Assembly: GCF_004010195.1 (NCBI RefSeq)
Contig: NC_057718.1
Span: 16,253,906-16,317,905, forward strand
DNA length: 64,000 bases
Reading direction: 5' to 3'
Source: Chiloscyllium plagiosum
Lineage: Eukaryota
Positions 12,391 through 24,462 of the stretch are shown here, piece by piece (position 1 is the stretch's first letter; each line of letters begins with the position of its first letter). Made by a program: the position numbers and the translations under genes. Under the pieces are notes generated by a model. The model did not search any database. It worked only from the letters and a program-made list of their open reading frames with translations, and was not told the origin of the DNA.

Positions 12391-15180
12391 GTCCACTTGT
12401 TTGGGTTTGTTGCTGAGAAATCAGTGGACTGTGTTCATTGGGAACCTGTTCTTTTTTTTTGTCAATACCTATACAGTATATTCAAAAAGAGCGGGTAGCA
12501 ACAAACACAATCTGCCGGTTTCTCAGCAACAAGCCCAAACAGGCAGCCAAAACATATCCAGAAAACCTAACCACTCTCCCCTACGTCAGAGACATCTCGG
12601 AAATGACTGCCGGACTACTCAAACCTCTTGGCATCATGGTAGCCCACAAATCCTCCAACACACTAAAACAGCAGCTAATGAACTTGAAAGACACTATACA
12701 AGCGAGAGGCAAAACTAATGTCATTTACAAAATACCTCGCAAGAACTGTAACAAACACTACATTGTACAAACAGGCAGAAAACTAGCCACCAGGATAAAT
12801 GAAAATCAACTAGCCACAAAAAGGCATGACCCACTCTCACCTAGTATCATTGCATACAGATGAGGAAGGACATCACTTTGACTGGGACAACACATCCATC
12901 CTAGGACAAGCCAAACAGAGACAAACACGAGAATTCCAAGAAGCGTGGTATTCCAACCGGAACTCTAATAACAAACACATTGACTTGGATCCCATTTACC
13001 ATCCCCCTGAGAAAAAGAACAGAAAATGACATCACTGCAGGAAATGACATCACCAACCCAAAGAAACCTAAACACATAAATAAAAAGCAGGCCATATCAT
13101 GAGTGCTTCATCTGGAGGCTCACTAATGTTACCTAGTATGGTGACAAAACATCTGAAAGCGAACCTTCCTTCTCAGCGAGCAAACCTACATCCAGAACCT
13201 CAACCTGAGCTACACATTTTCTCAAAGCTCCCTTGTGAAAATCGTGTCTATGGTTTCGTGGTTTGGTCGGAAACCTTACTGACTTTCCAAAAATAATTCC
13301 CAGAGATTGGGATTTGGCGCCTAGTGAGGATTTCGGTAATGATCTTCCTGACGACAGTGAAAAGGTCTTGTCTCTTTTCTTGAGGATGGTTGGATGACAG
13401 TATCCTTGAGATTGGTAGGAATTTCTTCTTTATCCCAGACTTTCATAAATTGTTGACAGAGATGATGGATAAGCTCTGTTCCTTTAAGTTTGAAAATATC
13501 TACTGGATTCCTGTCCATTCCTGCAGCTCTTCAATTCTTCATATGTTTAATGGTAACTTTGACATCTGCCACAGTAGGTGTAGTTCAAGATCATCTTTAG
13601 GGACTTGGGGAATTTCCTCAAACACATCCTGAACTGCGATTATTTCATGGTTTTGTAGTTCTTTGAAGCATTCTCTGTATTGAAGGCTGATGTTTTCACT
13701 GGCTCTCAAAAGGGTTCCATCCCAGTCTATACTGGAATGAGACCAGGGGTATTGTGTCCGTACATTGTCTTGCTGGCACTTAAGAAACCTCAGGTGTCAT
13801 ATTTGTTGGCGATGAGATGCAGCACCTGAGCTTTCTCAGTTTAACATTATTTCTTGATTTCCTTTATCGTTATTTGTAACTCTGCTTTTATTGTTTGCAT
13901 TCTCTTCTTTGCCTTGCTCGTGATGCTGTTTTGTAAGGCACAGAGAGCTTTCCTCTTCTTGATGAGGTCTTGCATTGGTGGTTACTTCTGTTAAACCAGT
14001 CTTGGTGTAGCCAATAGTTTCTTCACAGCATGAGATGATGGCTGTCTTAAATTCTTTCCATATTTCCTCCATTCAATTAAACTGTATGCTTTGGAGATTC
14101 TGGTGAAAACATGTTTGAAAGTTCTCCAGCCTGCCCGGGTCTTGAAGCTGCTCAACATTGAACTTTTCTTTGAACCTTTTCTTCATCTTCAGTTGCTTTT
14201 GGTGGCGTTGATGGGCATAGGGAAGCAGATGAGTCAGTGGTCTGTCGAGTAGTTGCCTGCGCTGGTCATCTTTTTGCTAACGAGGACATCCTTCTGGTCT
14301 CTGGATCGAATGATGACATAGTTGATCATGTGCCAGTGCTTTGGTCTTGGGTTTTAGGTTGAACAGTGTGTTGGTGATGGCTAGCTGGCGTTTGGCACAT
14401 TATATGAGTAGGAGAATCCCATTGGAGTTGCAATTCCTGACTCCTTCCTTTCTGATCATTCTTTTCCAGAATTGATAAGCTTTTCCATCCCTGGTATTGA
14501 AGTCCCTACGGAGCATAATTTTATGTTCTTTAGGGATGTTGGTGAGTATGGTGTCCAGGGTGGAGCAAAAACCTTTTTTGATTCATCAATAGCATTAAGA
14601 TTGGGGCACAGGCACTCACAATTGTTGCCTACTAGAAAGTTGTACCCTTGAGGCCAGCAGGGAGCTCTGAGAGTCGGTTGATAAGTTCATTCTCGATAGC
14701 GAATCTAATTCCACGTGACCTGGATTGATCCTTGTGTTTTCCTCTCCAGAAGAAGGCGTATCAGTATTGAAGTGTCTGAGTTTGCAGACAACAGTTCTTC
14801 ATTCCGGACGTTTGCTTTGCTCCTTATCCATAAGGGTTTGTACTTTCCAGGTTCTGAGATTGAGTTTGACTTGAACTTCCAGATTACAGGTAGATGAGTC
14901 TCCTAGATGATGTTGGTGGCAGAACAGACTATTTTTTGGGCATTTCTTCTTGCCCTTTCTCAGGTGAGGTGAATAGAGTGTGCTCAGTCCAATTCCAAGA
15001 GTGAAATAACTGAGTCAAACACCACCATCTATGCGCTGGTCTGAAGCTAGGGGCTTCCAGATCTCTCAATCCTGTCCCTGTCAACTTTTACTGATTGCCA
15101 AGGGTATGTGTTTGTATGTGTTGATGGGGGAGGGGTTTGGGGTTGAGTTCCTTTATGCTAGTCATTTTTTAACATGGGGA

Positions 15181-15811
15181 TATTAAAGTACAGATTTGCG
15201 ATGGCTCAGGGAATCCATTGTGGACTACAGATCTGTAAGCCTCTCACGTGGTTCATTCTGGAGATCATACTCTTTGGTGGTCTGGAATAAGAAGACTCTT
15301 ACAGTTAGTTTAATTTTAATAATTCCCTTGGTTTACTAATAGTATCACTGTTACAACATAGCATTGATACCTGTAAGTCAGGCTAACTGGATTCTATTAA
15401 TCCAGGAGAATAGAAATCGCTCTTCTTTCAAGAGCCCTGGCCAGCTACTCCATCATATTATCAAAAACAGACTATTTTTATACACAGGTTTACAAAGGCA
15501 TTACTGTCACAAACACAAAAGTTAATAAAAGCACTGCATGTTCTGAACTAGACAAATAATAGCGAAGGATAATCATTCGGGAGAGAAGTTAGTTGATACC
15601 GAATTTCATTCTGAGGTCAGAATTGAACATTGTTTATTAATTTCAGAAATGAACCGCCATGAATGTTATCACTTGGTGTTCTGGTTCACTAATGTTAAGG
15701 CAAATGTTCTTAATTATTTTGGCTTCCTTGCCATAATTTTTTCTAGTGTGCAGCAAATTACATTTTAGTCTAAATGTTTAAGGAGAACATCTAAAGCTAT
15801 AAACTTTCTCA
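15181..15811 (-). repeat. ERV 3' LTR
   Basis: Direct repeat of 24463-25099. Begins TGAGAA on - directly after the PPT; TATAAAAATA and ATTAAA on the - strand. Confidence 0.95.
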
Positions 15812-15823
15812 TTCCCTCCTTTT
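15812..15823 (-). promoter_or_regulatory. Polypurine tract
   Basis: AAAAGGAGGGAA on the - strand immediately before the 3' LTR TG. Confidence 0.85.
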
Positions 15824-15870
15824 GTCACTTCATGACAACTACATAGTTTATATAAGTATAATTAGTGCTT

Positions 15871-17720
15871 TTAGTCGATTTGTATTCTTAATAAGGCAAG
15901 TGCATCCTCTGGCGAGTCATCATCCGGAGGAGAAGAGTGTGAAAGATACTGGATTTCAGCATGGGAGTTTGGGCTTCGAGGTAAAGGAGTAGACATGGGT
16001 TGATTAACCAGATTCCTCTTTGGCTTAGGTGAGAAGCAATGTATGGTCCATTTCATACATAAGCGGACTACAATGTATATTCCTAGGATGAGACCAATGA
16101 CTATCAGTACGTTCCACACCATCCATCGTACAACGACCATAGCCAGCAAGTAAAACTCCATCCACATGAATTGGATGACAGTGGGGCAGGTGTCTTTCCT
16201 GTGTCTTGACATCTTTGTCTCTGAAATGTCTTTTGAGAAATCATTGGTGTAGTTGCAACATTGTGGGCCAGTGACTGAACAAGTGCCTCCTTCTTTAGCA
16301 AGGAGGAAATCTAGCACTAGTCAACATCCAGGTCTCCTGTAACTCTTTGTTCACCAGCTTCAGAGCATGGGCAGTTGATTTGGCATATGCAAGGTCACTT
16401 ATCTGATCATGGCCATTCTCAAAACCCCAGCCAGGAATAAGAACTGTAGCAACCTAGATCACCAGGTTTATTGATGGACAAAGTTGTGTAAGTCCCGTTT
16501 TGTTTTTCCTCTACTTTTTGTTCTGTACTGATTTACATGTTGGTGGGTGTTCCATTCATCATCGACTTCAGGTACTTCATGTGGAGGGTAAAAAGGGGTA
16601 AGGTGTATGCTAGGACACAACGTCCGTACCAGTCATTGGGTAAATATGGATAGGCTTTGTTATCGCATAGCCAATGAAGGTTTAAAGGAGTTCCAAGGGT
16701 GCACATCTGTGAGTGAATGACTAGTCCACTCAGAGCGAGAGCTGAATCTTATAAACAGTGGGTGCTATCAAATGTTTGGTTGTCCAAGTGTATTAACAGA
16801 TGGAGAGTAGGAGTATGACCAGTGTCTTTGATAATATTTTTACATTGTTTTGTTTCACTTGCCCCATGTTATGGGTACGGGAAAGTTTTTCAGTGCACCA
16901 TTCTAACAGCGGAACAACATTAACGTTGAATCTTTCAGGTTTGTTAGTGGACTTCACACGACAACGCGTTCTTCTACTGAATGGGTTTTTCCATCACAAA
17001 TGAGGTATTACATAAATGGGTGAGTCCTATTTACACACTGTACATCAGAATGATGGAAGAATGAGCAGATAACACATGGATTAGGGGGTTTAGCTTGAAT
17101 AAAGAAACCATTAGTAACAGGAGGAGGATTGGGAGTACATAGTATTTTTGGTCTTTCTTCATTTTTCCAGCTTGTCTTGTTGATTATAGTAGCAACTGAA
17201 TACAGGAAATGTGTGAAGGTATTTCTGTCAGTGGCGGTAGGTTGGATAGGAGAGGATTCCTTTAAGAAAGTACAGGTGGTCAGTCTCCTGGCAATCGGTC
17301 CCTTAGGGTTTGGTGATTTTGGTACTATGTGCTCAATACCGCAATCTGTACAATTCATTTTGAGAGGGGAACAGACAAACATTTCAAAGTAACAGTTTTC
17401 GGTTGACGGAGGGTATGAGGTTATGGAATTGTGCCATCTCATGATGACTGGCATACGAGTGTTGTGAGGATGACTAAGATTGAGAGTGATGTTTGGATAC
17501 GCAATGTGAGTAGTTTAAATGAGTTTCAGCTGGGGAGCTGCACTCATGACTTCCAATGGTATTAGTACAGGTTTCATTTATACAGTCACATTGGAGTTTT
17601 AGCCGGTCTGAGATATGTTGGTTACATCTGGGAGCATGTACTTGGGTTGGATTTTCATTGGATGCCTGTATCAGTACTAACATTAAGACTGTGAGGGTGA
17701 TACAACCTTGCCATGTTCTT
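15871..17720 (-). pseudogene. env: ERV envelope (gamma-type SU/TM), with frameshifts and stops
   Basis: Hydrophobic signal-like CITLTVLMLVLIQA; SU CxxC (CVIC); HWLCDNKAYPYLPNDWYGRC; cleavage-like SRGKTKR|D (~16492-16515); ISD LDFLLAKEGGTC; CX6CC (CSVTGPQCC); TM helix VLIVIGLILGIYIVV; stop at 15871. Confidence 0.92.
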
Positions 17721-17729
17721 TGTAGACCA

Positions 17730-20700
17730 TGTTGAACGTCCAGCTACCTTTACTGCAGTTTCGGTTGTCAAAAGATCTTGATAAGGGCCTTTCCAGCAGG
17801 GGCCCAGTTTTTCACGATTAAAGTCTTCCAATAGTATGTAGTCACCAGGGTTAATGTCTTTAAATGTTGCAGCTCTTTCTTCTTCCTTCCCTGATACTCA
17901 AGAGGCTTCTTTGACCTGTTGATGATAAGACTGCAATGCTTTGGTTAGCTTAATTAAGTACTTGTGCATCTCTTCTGCCTTGACATGCACATCAACAGGG
18001 TGTTCGGCAGTTAATGGAGCAGACCAGGGAGTCCTCAGGGGCTTTCCATATATCAGTTCAGCCGCCGAGAATCCCGTTGTTTTTTGTGTCATGGTTCTCA
18101 TTTGCCGAGAGATGTGAGGGAGGAATGGAGGCTGCTGGGAAGGTGAGTATAGCAGTTTAAAATACTTACCTCAGGCATCGGGGCTTCCATTTGCTGAGAG
18201 GTGCAAGGGAGGAACGGAGGACTGCTCTGGGTGTGAGTAAAAAACCAAATTTTTTGAACAGAGCAGGGAGGCGAGAGGGCGGAGAGAAACGAGGTCTGCC
18301 GGGAAGGTTTTAAGTGGGTGAGATCTAAACCCGAGACCCTACACCGTAGAACCTCCCTCCCCCCCCACCACCTCTAACCTTACTAAGCGTCTGTAAACTC
18401 GGTAAGTTTTCAGGTTTTCTCATTTTTTTTTTTCTTTCTTCTCTTCCTTTGCTTTGTCCAGTATGGGCTTTCAGATAGCGGGATATGGATGTTAGGGCAG
18501 ATGCATGTTCCTCCTGCAGAATGTGGCAGGTGAGAGACACTTCACATGTCTCTGTCGACTACATCTGTGGGAAGTGCACCCAACTCCAGCTTCTCAAAAA
18601 CTGAGTTAGGGAACTGGAGATGGAGCTGGATGAACCACAGATCATCCGGGAAGCTGAGGGAGAAATTGAGTGGATGTAGAGGGAGGTGGGCACTCCTCAG
18701 ACACAAGGACAGTTAGATTACAGTCAGGGGGAGGAAAGGGAACCAACGATCAGAGCAGGGATGCCCTGTGACCTTCCCCTCAGCAATAAGCATACTGTTT
18801 TGGATACTGCTGTGGGGACAGCCTACCAGGATAAAGCCATAGTTGTCAGGTCTCTGGCACTGTAGCTCAGAAGGGAAGGGGGGAGAATAAAAAAGCGCTA
18901 GTGGTAGGGGACTCAATAGTTAGACGGATTGACAGGAGAATTTGTGGTCAATGAGAACTTTGAGGAGCTGGATACAGGCTTGAACAGCTCAAGATTGATG
19001 AAATTGATGTGCTGGAAATTTTGGCAAACATTAAGATTGATAAATCTCAGGGCCAGACCAGATTTATTCTAGGCAGCTCCGGGAAGTGAGAAAGGAGGTT
19101 GCTAAGTCATTGGCAAAGATCTTTGCCTCCTCACACTCCACAGGAGTCGTACTGGAGGATTGCAAGGAGGCGAATATTGTTCTTCTTTTCAGGCAGTGTA
19201 ATGGGGTAATCCCTGGCAGCTACAGACCAGTCAGTCTTACATCTGTGGTCAGCAAAATTTTGGAAAGAATTCTGAGGGATAGGATTTATGACTATTTGGA
19301 AACGCATAGCGTGATTAAAGGCAGTCAGCATGGCTTTGTGAGGGGCAGGTCATGCCTCACAAATCGTATTGAATTTTTTGAGGAGGTGACAAGACAGGTC
19401 GACTAAGGTCGAGCAGTGGATGTGGTGTACATGGATTTCAGCAAGGCATTTGATAAAGTTCCTCATGGTAGGCTCATTCATAAAGTCAGGAAGTACAGGA
19501 TACAGGGAGATTTGGCTATCTGGATTCAGAATTGGTTGGCGGACAGAAGGCAGAGAGTGGTTGTAGATGGAAAGTATTCTGCTTGGAGGTCAGTGTTGAG
19601 TGGGGTCCCGCAGGGCTCTGTTCTTGGTCCTCTGCTCTTCATAGTTTTTATAAATGACTTGGATGTGGAGGTTGAGGGGTGGGTTAGTAAATTTGCAGAT
19701 GACACAAAGGTTGGAGGTGCCGTCGATAGTATCGAGGGCTATTGCAGGCTGCAGTACGACAAAGACAGGATGCAGAGCTGGGCTGAGAAATGGCAGATGG
19801 AGTTCATCCTGGATAAATGCAAAGTGATGCATTTTGGAAGGTTGAACTCAAATGCTGAGTATAGGATTAAAGACAGGATTTTTGGCAGTATGGAGGAACA
19901 GAGGAATCTTGGTGTTCAAGAACATAGATCCCTGAAAGTTGCCACTCAAGTGGATAGGTTTATTAAAAAAGCATATGGTGTTTTGGCTTTCATTAACAGG
20001 GGGATCGGGTTTAAGAGCCGCGGGGTTTTGCTACAGCTCTACAAGTCCCTGCTGAGACTACACTTGGAATATTGTGTCCAGTTCTGGTCATTCTACTACA
20101 GGAAAGATACAAAGGCTTTAGAGAAGGTGCAAAGAAGGTTTACCAGGATGCTGTCTGGACTGGAGGACTTGCCTTATGAAGAGAGGTTGACTAAGCTCGG
20201 ACTTTTCTCTTTGGAGAGAGGGAGGACGAGAGGTGACCTTCGAGGTAGACAAGATAATGAGAGGCATGGATAGAGTCAACAGCCAGGGCAGGATTGACTG
20301 GCAGGAGGGGTCATAGTCTTAAGATATTAGGAGAAAGGTATAGAGGGGAAGTCAGAGGAAGGTTCTTTACGCAGAGAGTTGTGAATGCATGGAATGCATT
20401 GCCAGCAGTGATGGTGGAAGCAGGGTCATTTGGGACATTTCAGCAACTGCTGGACATGCACATGGATAGCAGTGAACTGAGGGGTGCGTAGGTTAAGTTA
20501 TTTTATTTTAGGATTAAGCCTCGGCACAACATCATGAGCCAAAGGGCCTTTTGCGTGCAGTACTTTTCTATGTTCTATGTTCTATATTAAAAAGGGCAAT
20601 TGGGAGTAATTGCAGCCAATTAAGGCCTGTATCTTCTACCAACTTGCTTAGCTGACCTTTGAAGGTCCCATTGGCTCTTTCTACAATTCCTGCTGCTCAG

Positions 20701-21926
20701 GGATGGTTTGCACAATGGAATTTTTGATTTATATTCAAACTCTTATATAGTGCCTTGTTTAGCTCCACACAGAAGAGACCGTACTGGTATTCCAAATCTG
20801 GGTATGATTTCCCTTAATATAATTTTACAAATAGTTGTTGCTGTGCAGTCAGTATAGGGATAAGCTTCAGTCCATTTTCTAAATACATCAATTATCACCA
20901 AACAATACTTATAACAATGACATCTAGGTAATTCTATAAAATCTAACTGGATAGTATCAAAAAGTGCACTTGGCAAGGGAGTTTCACCTTTGGACACTTT
21001 ACTCCTTCCTGAGATTATGCTTTTGACAAATTAGGCAATTTGCAGCTGCTTGTTTTGCTTTTTCTTGCAGGTGGGGATTCCACCAAGTTTGGAGAATTCT
21101 GTTCACCATTTCCTCCTTACCTACATGCGTATGGGTATGAACATAATCAACTAGAATAGGCAAAATTGAGTCGGGCAGACACGTCTGTCCTCCCGGCGTA
21201 ACCCAAAGCTTATTGTAACTCGTTACTTAACAACCATGGTTCATCCATTTTTGTTTTTCCTCATCAGAGGCATCCCCCAGATGTGTCCACATTTGTTCTG
21301 GGTCAGGCATGGTCGGGGTATCAGAAGAGGAAATAAGAGAAATTCCCTTTGGTTTCCTATTTGTCATTTGTTCAAAAGCTGTTTTCTTAGCAGCCGCATC
21401 AGTGGCGTTGTTGCTTTTACTGACATCGAAAGCATCAGAGGAGTGAGCAGAACATTTGATAATTGCCAATTGAGAGCACTGAAGAGATTACCAACATAGG
21501 CAGCGTTGAGTATAGGGGTTTCTGATGAGGCAAGGAAGCCATGCTGCTGCCAGATTTGACCAAAACCATGGGCACATCCAAAAGCATAGCAGGAATCAGT
21601 ATAGATATTAGCTGACTTTTCTTTAGCAAGCATACAGGCACTGGTGAGAGCAAGAAGTTCAGCTTGCTGGGCAGAACAGGATGGATCAACAGAATAAGCT
21701 TCTATTGAATGGGAGAAAGTGACAATCGCATATCCTGACATGTGTTTACCCTCTGGAGAGATAGAAGAAGAACCACTACCATAGTTTGAGAATATAGTTG
21801 CAGGAAGGCATACCCTGAGCAACACGGTCAAGCTTAGTAGAATAAAATGCAACAGGGCGTCAAGAGGAACCATATTGCTGGGCGAGAACAGCTGCAGCAC
21901 AGGTGTCAATGATGAAAAAGGGTTTT
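17730..21926 (-). pseudogene. pol: ERV pol remnant: tether, RNase H and integrase; protease and RT polymerase domains deleted; CR1 inserted in the integrase
   Basis: RPVAFYSTKLDRVAQGMPSC; SAQQAELLAL, NIYTDSCYAFG, AIIKCSAH; HTHTH...CLIC zinc finger; QLDFIELP, REIIPRFGIP, GIVERANGT, TGFSAAELIYG, WKGPY. Confidence 0.93.
18102..20584 (+). mobile_element. CR1 LINE with 5' UTR, partial ORF1, internal deletion, RT and tail, inserted in the ERV integrase
   Basis: ORF1 CSSC..CGKC zinc finger and esterase VVGDSIVR, then a jump to RT (GVPQGSVLGP, FADD); (TTCTATG)n tail. The integrase reads PIALFN|MRT across the insertion. Confidence 0.95.
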
Positions 21927-23896
21927 GTGCTGTAAAAGGGGCAACCTGATGAGGTTCCTGGAGAGGGCGACCAAGAGGTTGCCAGCTGCTTCCACTCTGG
22001 CAATCAACCGGGGGCTGCTTTGGGAAAGGACAGTTCTTGGACCAGTGTCCTGGTTGATTACAATTGAAACAAACGTGTGATTGTTGGGAGATTTTAGGGT
22101 GTGGGGGAGGCGGTGAAGAGTAGTAAGAGGATGTATAGGGAGTAAGGGGCATCATGGACTGTTAGGGAATATTCATAGGACGACCCCAAGGTCCATTGGG
22201 ATGTTGTGAATGCATAGTACCAGTCCAACTGTCCTGCCATATTAGATGACAGTATGAGGGTTCCATTTGATAGCCTGACTGATCTTGCAGACGGAAAGGT
22301 CTATTTTGAATCCTGAGTTTAGGTTTGGCCCCTGTAGTTTGGGCAAGTTCTGTCTTGACCTTGCTGATGGTAGCCTTATTGTTAGGATCCTTTAGTTCCC
22401 AGAAGTAACAAACCTCTCGGCTGAATTATGCAACCTTGGCATCTTGCAGGTGGATGTTGTGGGTTTTAGTATCTTTCTCTACCTGATCAGATAAGGCGGT
22501 CATACATAGGGCATTAAATTGGGTGATCGCCTTTGTGAGTAATTAGCACCACCAGACTAAGCGCCATAGCATTCCTTAAAATGGGTAAGGAACTCTTCAG
22601 CCCCTTCGCCTGAGCTGGGTTTACATGTTAAGACTTTACCCACATCAACTGCATAATACAGTGTTTGGTGGAGATAGGTAATAATCCAATCTGGTCTGTT
22701 AGGTTTGGCCTGGTGCTGGATTACAAGCTGGGTATGATTATTACATTGTAAAATTTCTAAGAACTCAGCCCAGGGGAAAGGGTGCATTCTGTGAGGTGAA
22801 GTAGGTCTTGGGAGGCAGCATTATAAATGGTCCTAGTTCTATTAATGTAATTAACAAATCCCTCAGGATTCTTGCCATAATCTGGAGCCTTATTTTAAGT
22901 GGTTCAGAGTTCCTGAGGTTTCCTTGGTTGATAAAGATCCACAATTTTGGCTTGTCCCGGATTTAGGGCCTGTGGGTTAGGAACTCTTCTATTTGGGAAA
23001 TTTCTCTGATTCTCCCACATCAGAATGATTGCAAAGACTGATATTAAGGTCCTGAAAATTTGATTGCAATTCATCAGTGTCTTTGGGATTTATTAGTATA
23101 GGGGCAGTGAAAATCAAAGGAGTTCCTTGAGTGTTTTTTCCACATTTTAATTTTAATTGACTCCTTGTGCGGTGGACTATGGGGTCGTGACAAGCTGAAT
23201 CCCTATTTAGCTGAACAGTTGGGGGAAGGGCATGGGCCTTGGCATGTTCGTCCTCAGAGTAGGGAGGGGAGTTCGGGCGACTTTTTGTTTTATGAAGCGT
23301 GTTTGTCTTGGTCGTACTGTAGGTGAGTTTTGAGGGGGGAGCCGGAGGAGGTCGGCTGACAGGATGGGAGGTGTAAAATATTTCCTCCTCCGAATCAGTG
23401 TCCCATTTCTCATCCGCAGGTGGATCAGGATTCTTTAGTAATGGGTCTTTGGGAGAGTGGAGGGTGGGGTATAAGGAACAGTCTTTGTCCTTTTTTATTT
23501 TTAAAAATATTTTCTCCCTAACCAATTCAATTCTGCTTCTAAATCATTCGCTTTGCATTTGCATTTTAGTTCTGTCCAATTTAGTTCAGATCCTTCCTCA
23601 GTTAATGGACTAATTCCCCTTTTAGTACAGTTTTGTCTTCATGTTGATTGCATGGATTTTTCCCATTTTTCCCTAGCTACACTTTTCTACGCTGACATGG
23701 CTTCTTTCTGCTTACTTCCCTTTCTTTTTTTCCAAATCCCTTGTTCAATTTTAATGAGTAGATGTAAATCATGTGTGCCTCCTAGAGGCCAATCCTTATT
23801 CTGTTGAGTAGCTGTGGTTGATATTTCCCTTAATTGTTTCTCATAGTTAGAATACAGACTTACATTTGTCCTCTGTCTTATCTAGAGTCTACCCAT
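21915..23896 (-). pseudogene. gag: ERV gag, degenerate
   Basis: ATG-GGT (MG) at 23896; MA motif WPLGGTHD; late-domain-like LYPTL; MHR-like GEGAEEFLTHFKECY; single knuckle CFNCNQPGHWSKNC at 22030-22071. Confidence 0.9.
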
Positions 23897-24442
23897 ACTT
23901 ATCCTACTTACTTTAAACCTTCACAAACTACTGATCTACAGGGGCTGCAATCCCAATTACTACAGGGGCTCAAACCTCGCAAAACACAGGGTCTCTAACC
24001 CCACAAAACACAGGGACACCAACCCCACAAAATATAAAACACCATCACAAAACACAAACATTCACTCACCAACAAGCAAATGTGCATCCAAAACGAATTT
24101 CAAAAGGTTAAACTTCGCTCTGTCTCGTTTTCTCTCTCTCTCTCTCTCGCACACATAATGAACATTTTAGAAGATAACAACCCGACAATGAACAACAAGA
24201 CTAATTATTTCTGCAAAGCATTCTTCTAAAACCCTGACAGTTTCTGTTTTTAGTACCTATTTAAACAATCTCATTTTGGGTTCCGTCAGGGTACTGTGAG
24301 AGTGAAATGGGGGAAGCATCACAAAGATGCAGACTGAGAGCAATCAAGGTATAATCTTACTTTGTGGGCCCATTGGCCTCAAGTCTGACCCTTAAGTGAA
24401 GCTCCTCTTTTCCAGTTTCACTCAAACGTAGCCCTTGTTGGA

Positions 24443-24460
24443 ACCCTGCTCGCTGCACCA
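24443..24460 (-). promoter_or_regulatory. Primer binding site complementary to tRNA-Ser(UGA)
   Basis: + strand ACCCTGCTCGCTGCACCA versus the vertebrate tRNA-Ser(UGA) 3' end ACCCTGCTCGCTGCGCCA: 17/18. Lies 2 nt from the LTR terminus. Confidence 0.88.
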
Positions 24461-24462
24461 AA

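Larger units (their letters stand above)
11598..13234. mobile_element. Inverted (two-armed) Penelope/Poseidon-like insertion carrying the GIY-YIG end of the ORF
   Basis: Left arm on - (11598-~12445), right arm on + (~12460-13234). Both encode NVIYKIPCKNCNKHYI GIY-YIG remnants. Flanked by GTGAAAATCATG (11586-11597) and GTGAAAATCGTG (13235-13246), an 11/12 TSD inside the RTE RT. Confidence 0.88.
9440..15180 (-). mobile_element. RTE-clade LINE, degenerate, split by later insertions (pieces ~9440-10200, 11290-11597, 13235-15180; likely 5' UTR remainder ~25120-25400)
   Basis: - strand translations include QFVDDNVIAA, MIFTAHQL*EKSQEQ..YIAFLDLTNASDSVN, GFRPNHETID, and endonuclease motifs DFN, NSNGILLL, HWHMINYVIIR. 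Confidence 0.8.

Noticed and set aside
15171..15180. Target-site duplication for the ERV
   Set aside because: The outer ~20 bp of the 5' LTR does not align. The shared ACATGG near both ends is not flush with the termini.
21364..22155. 263-aa zinc knuckle-RNase H ORF as a novel fusion gene
   Set aside because: A chance product of deletions in the provirus. It crosses the pol tether out of frame, and RNase H is frameshifted at its end.
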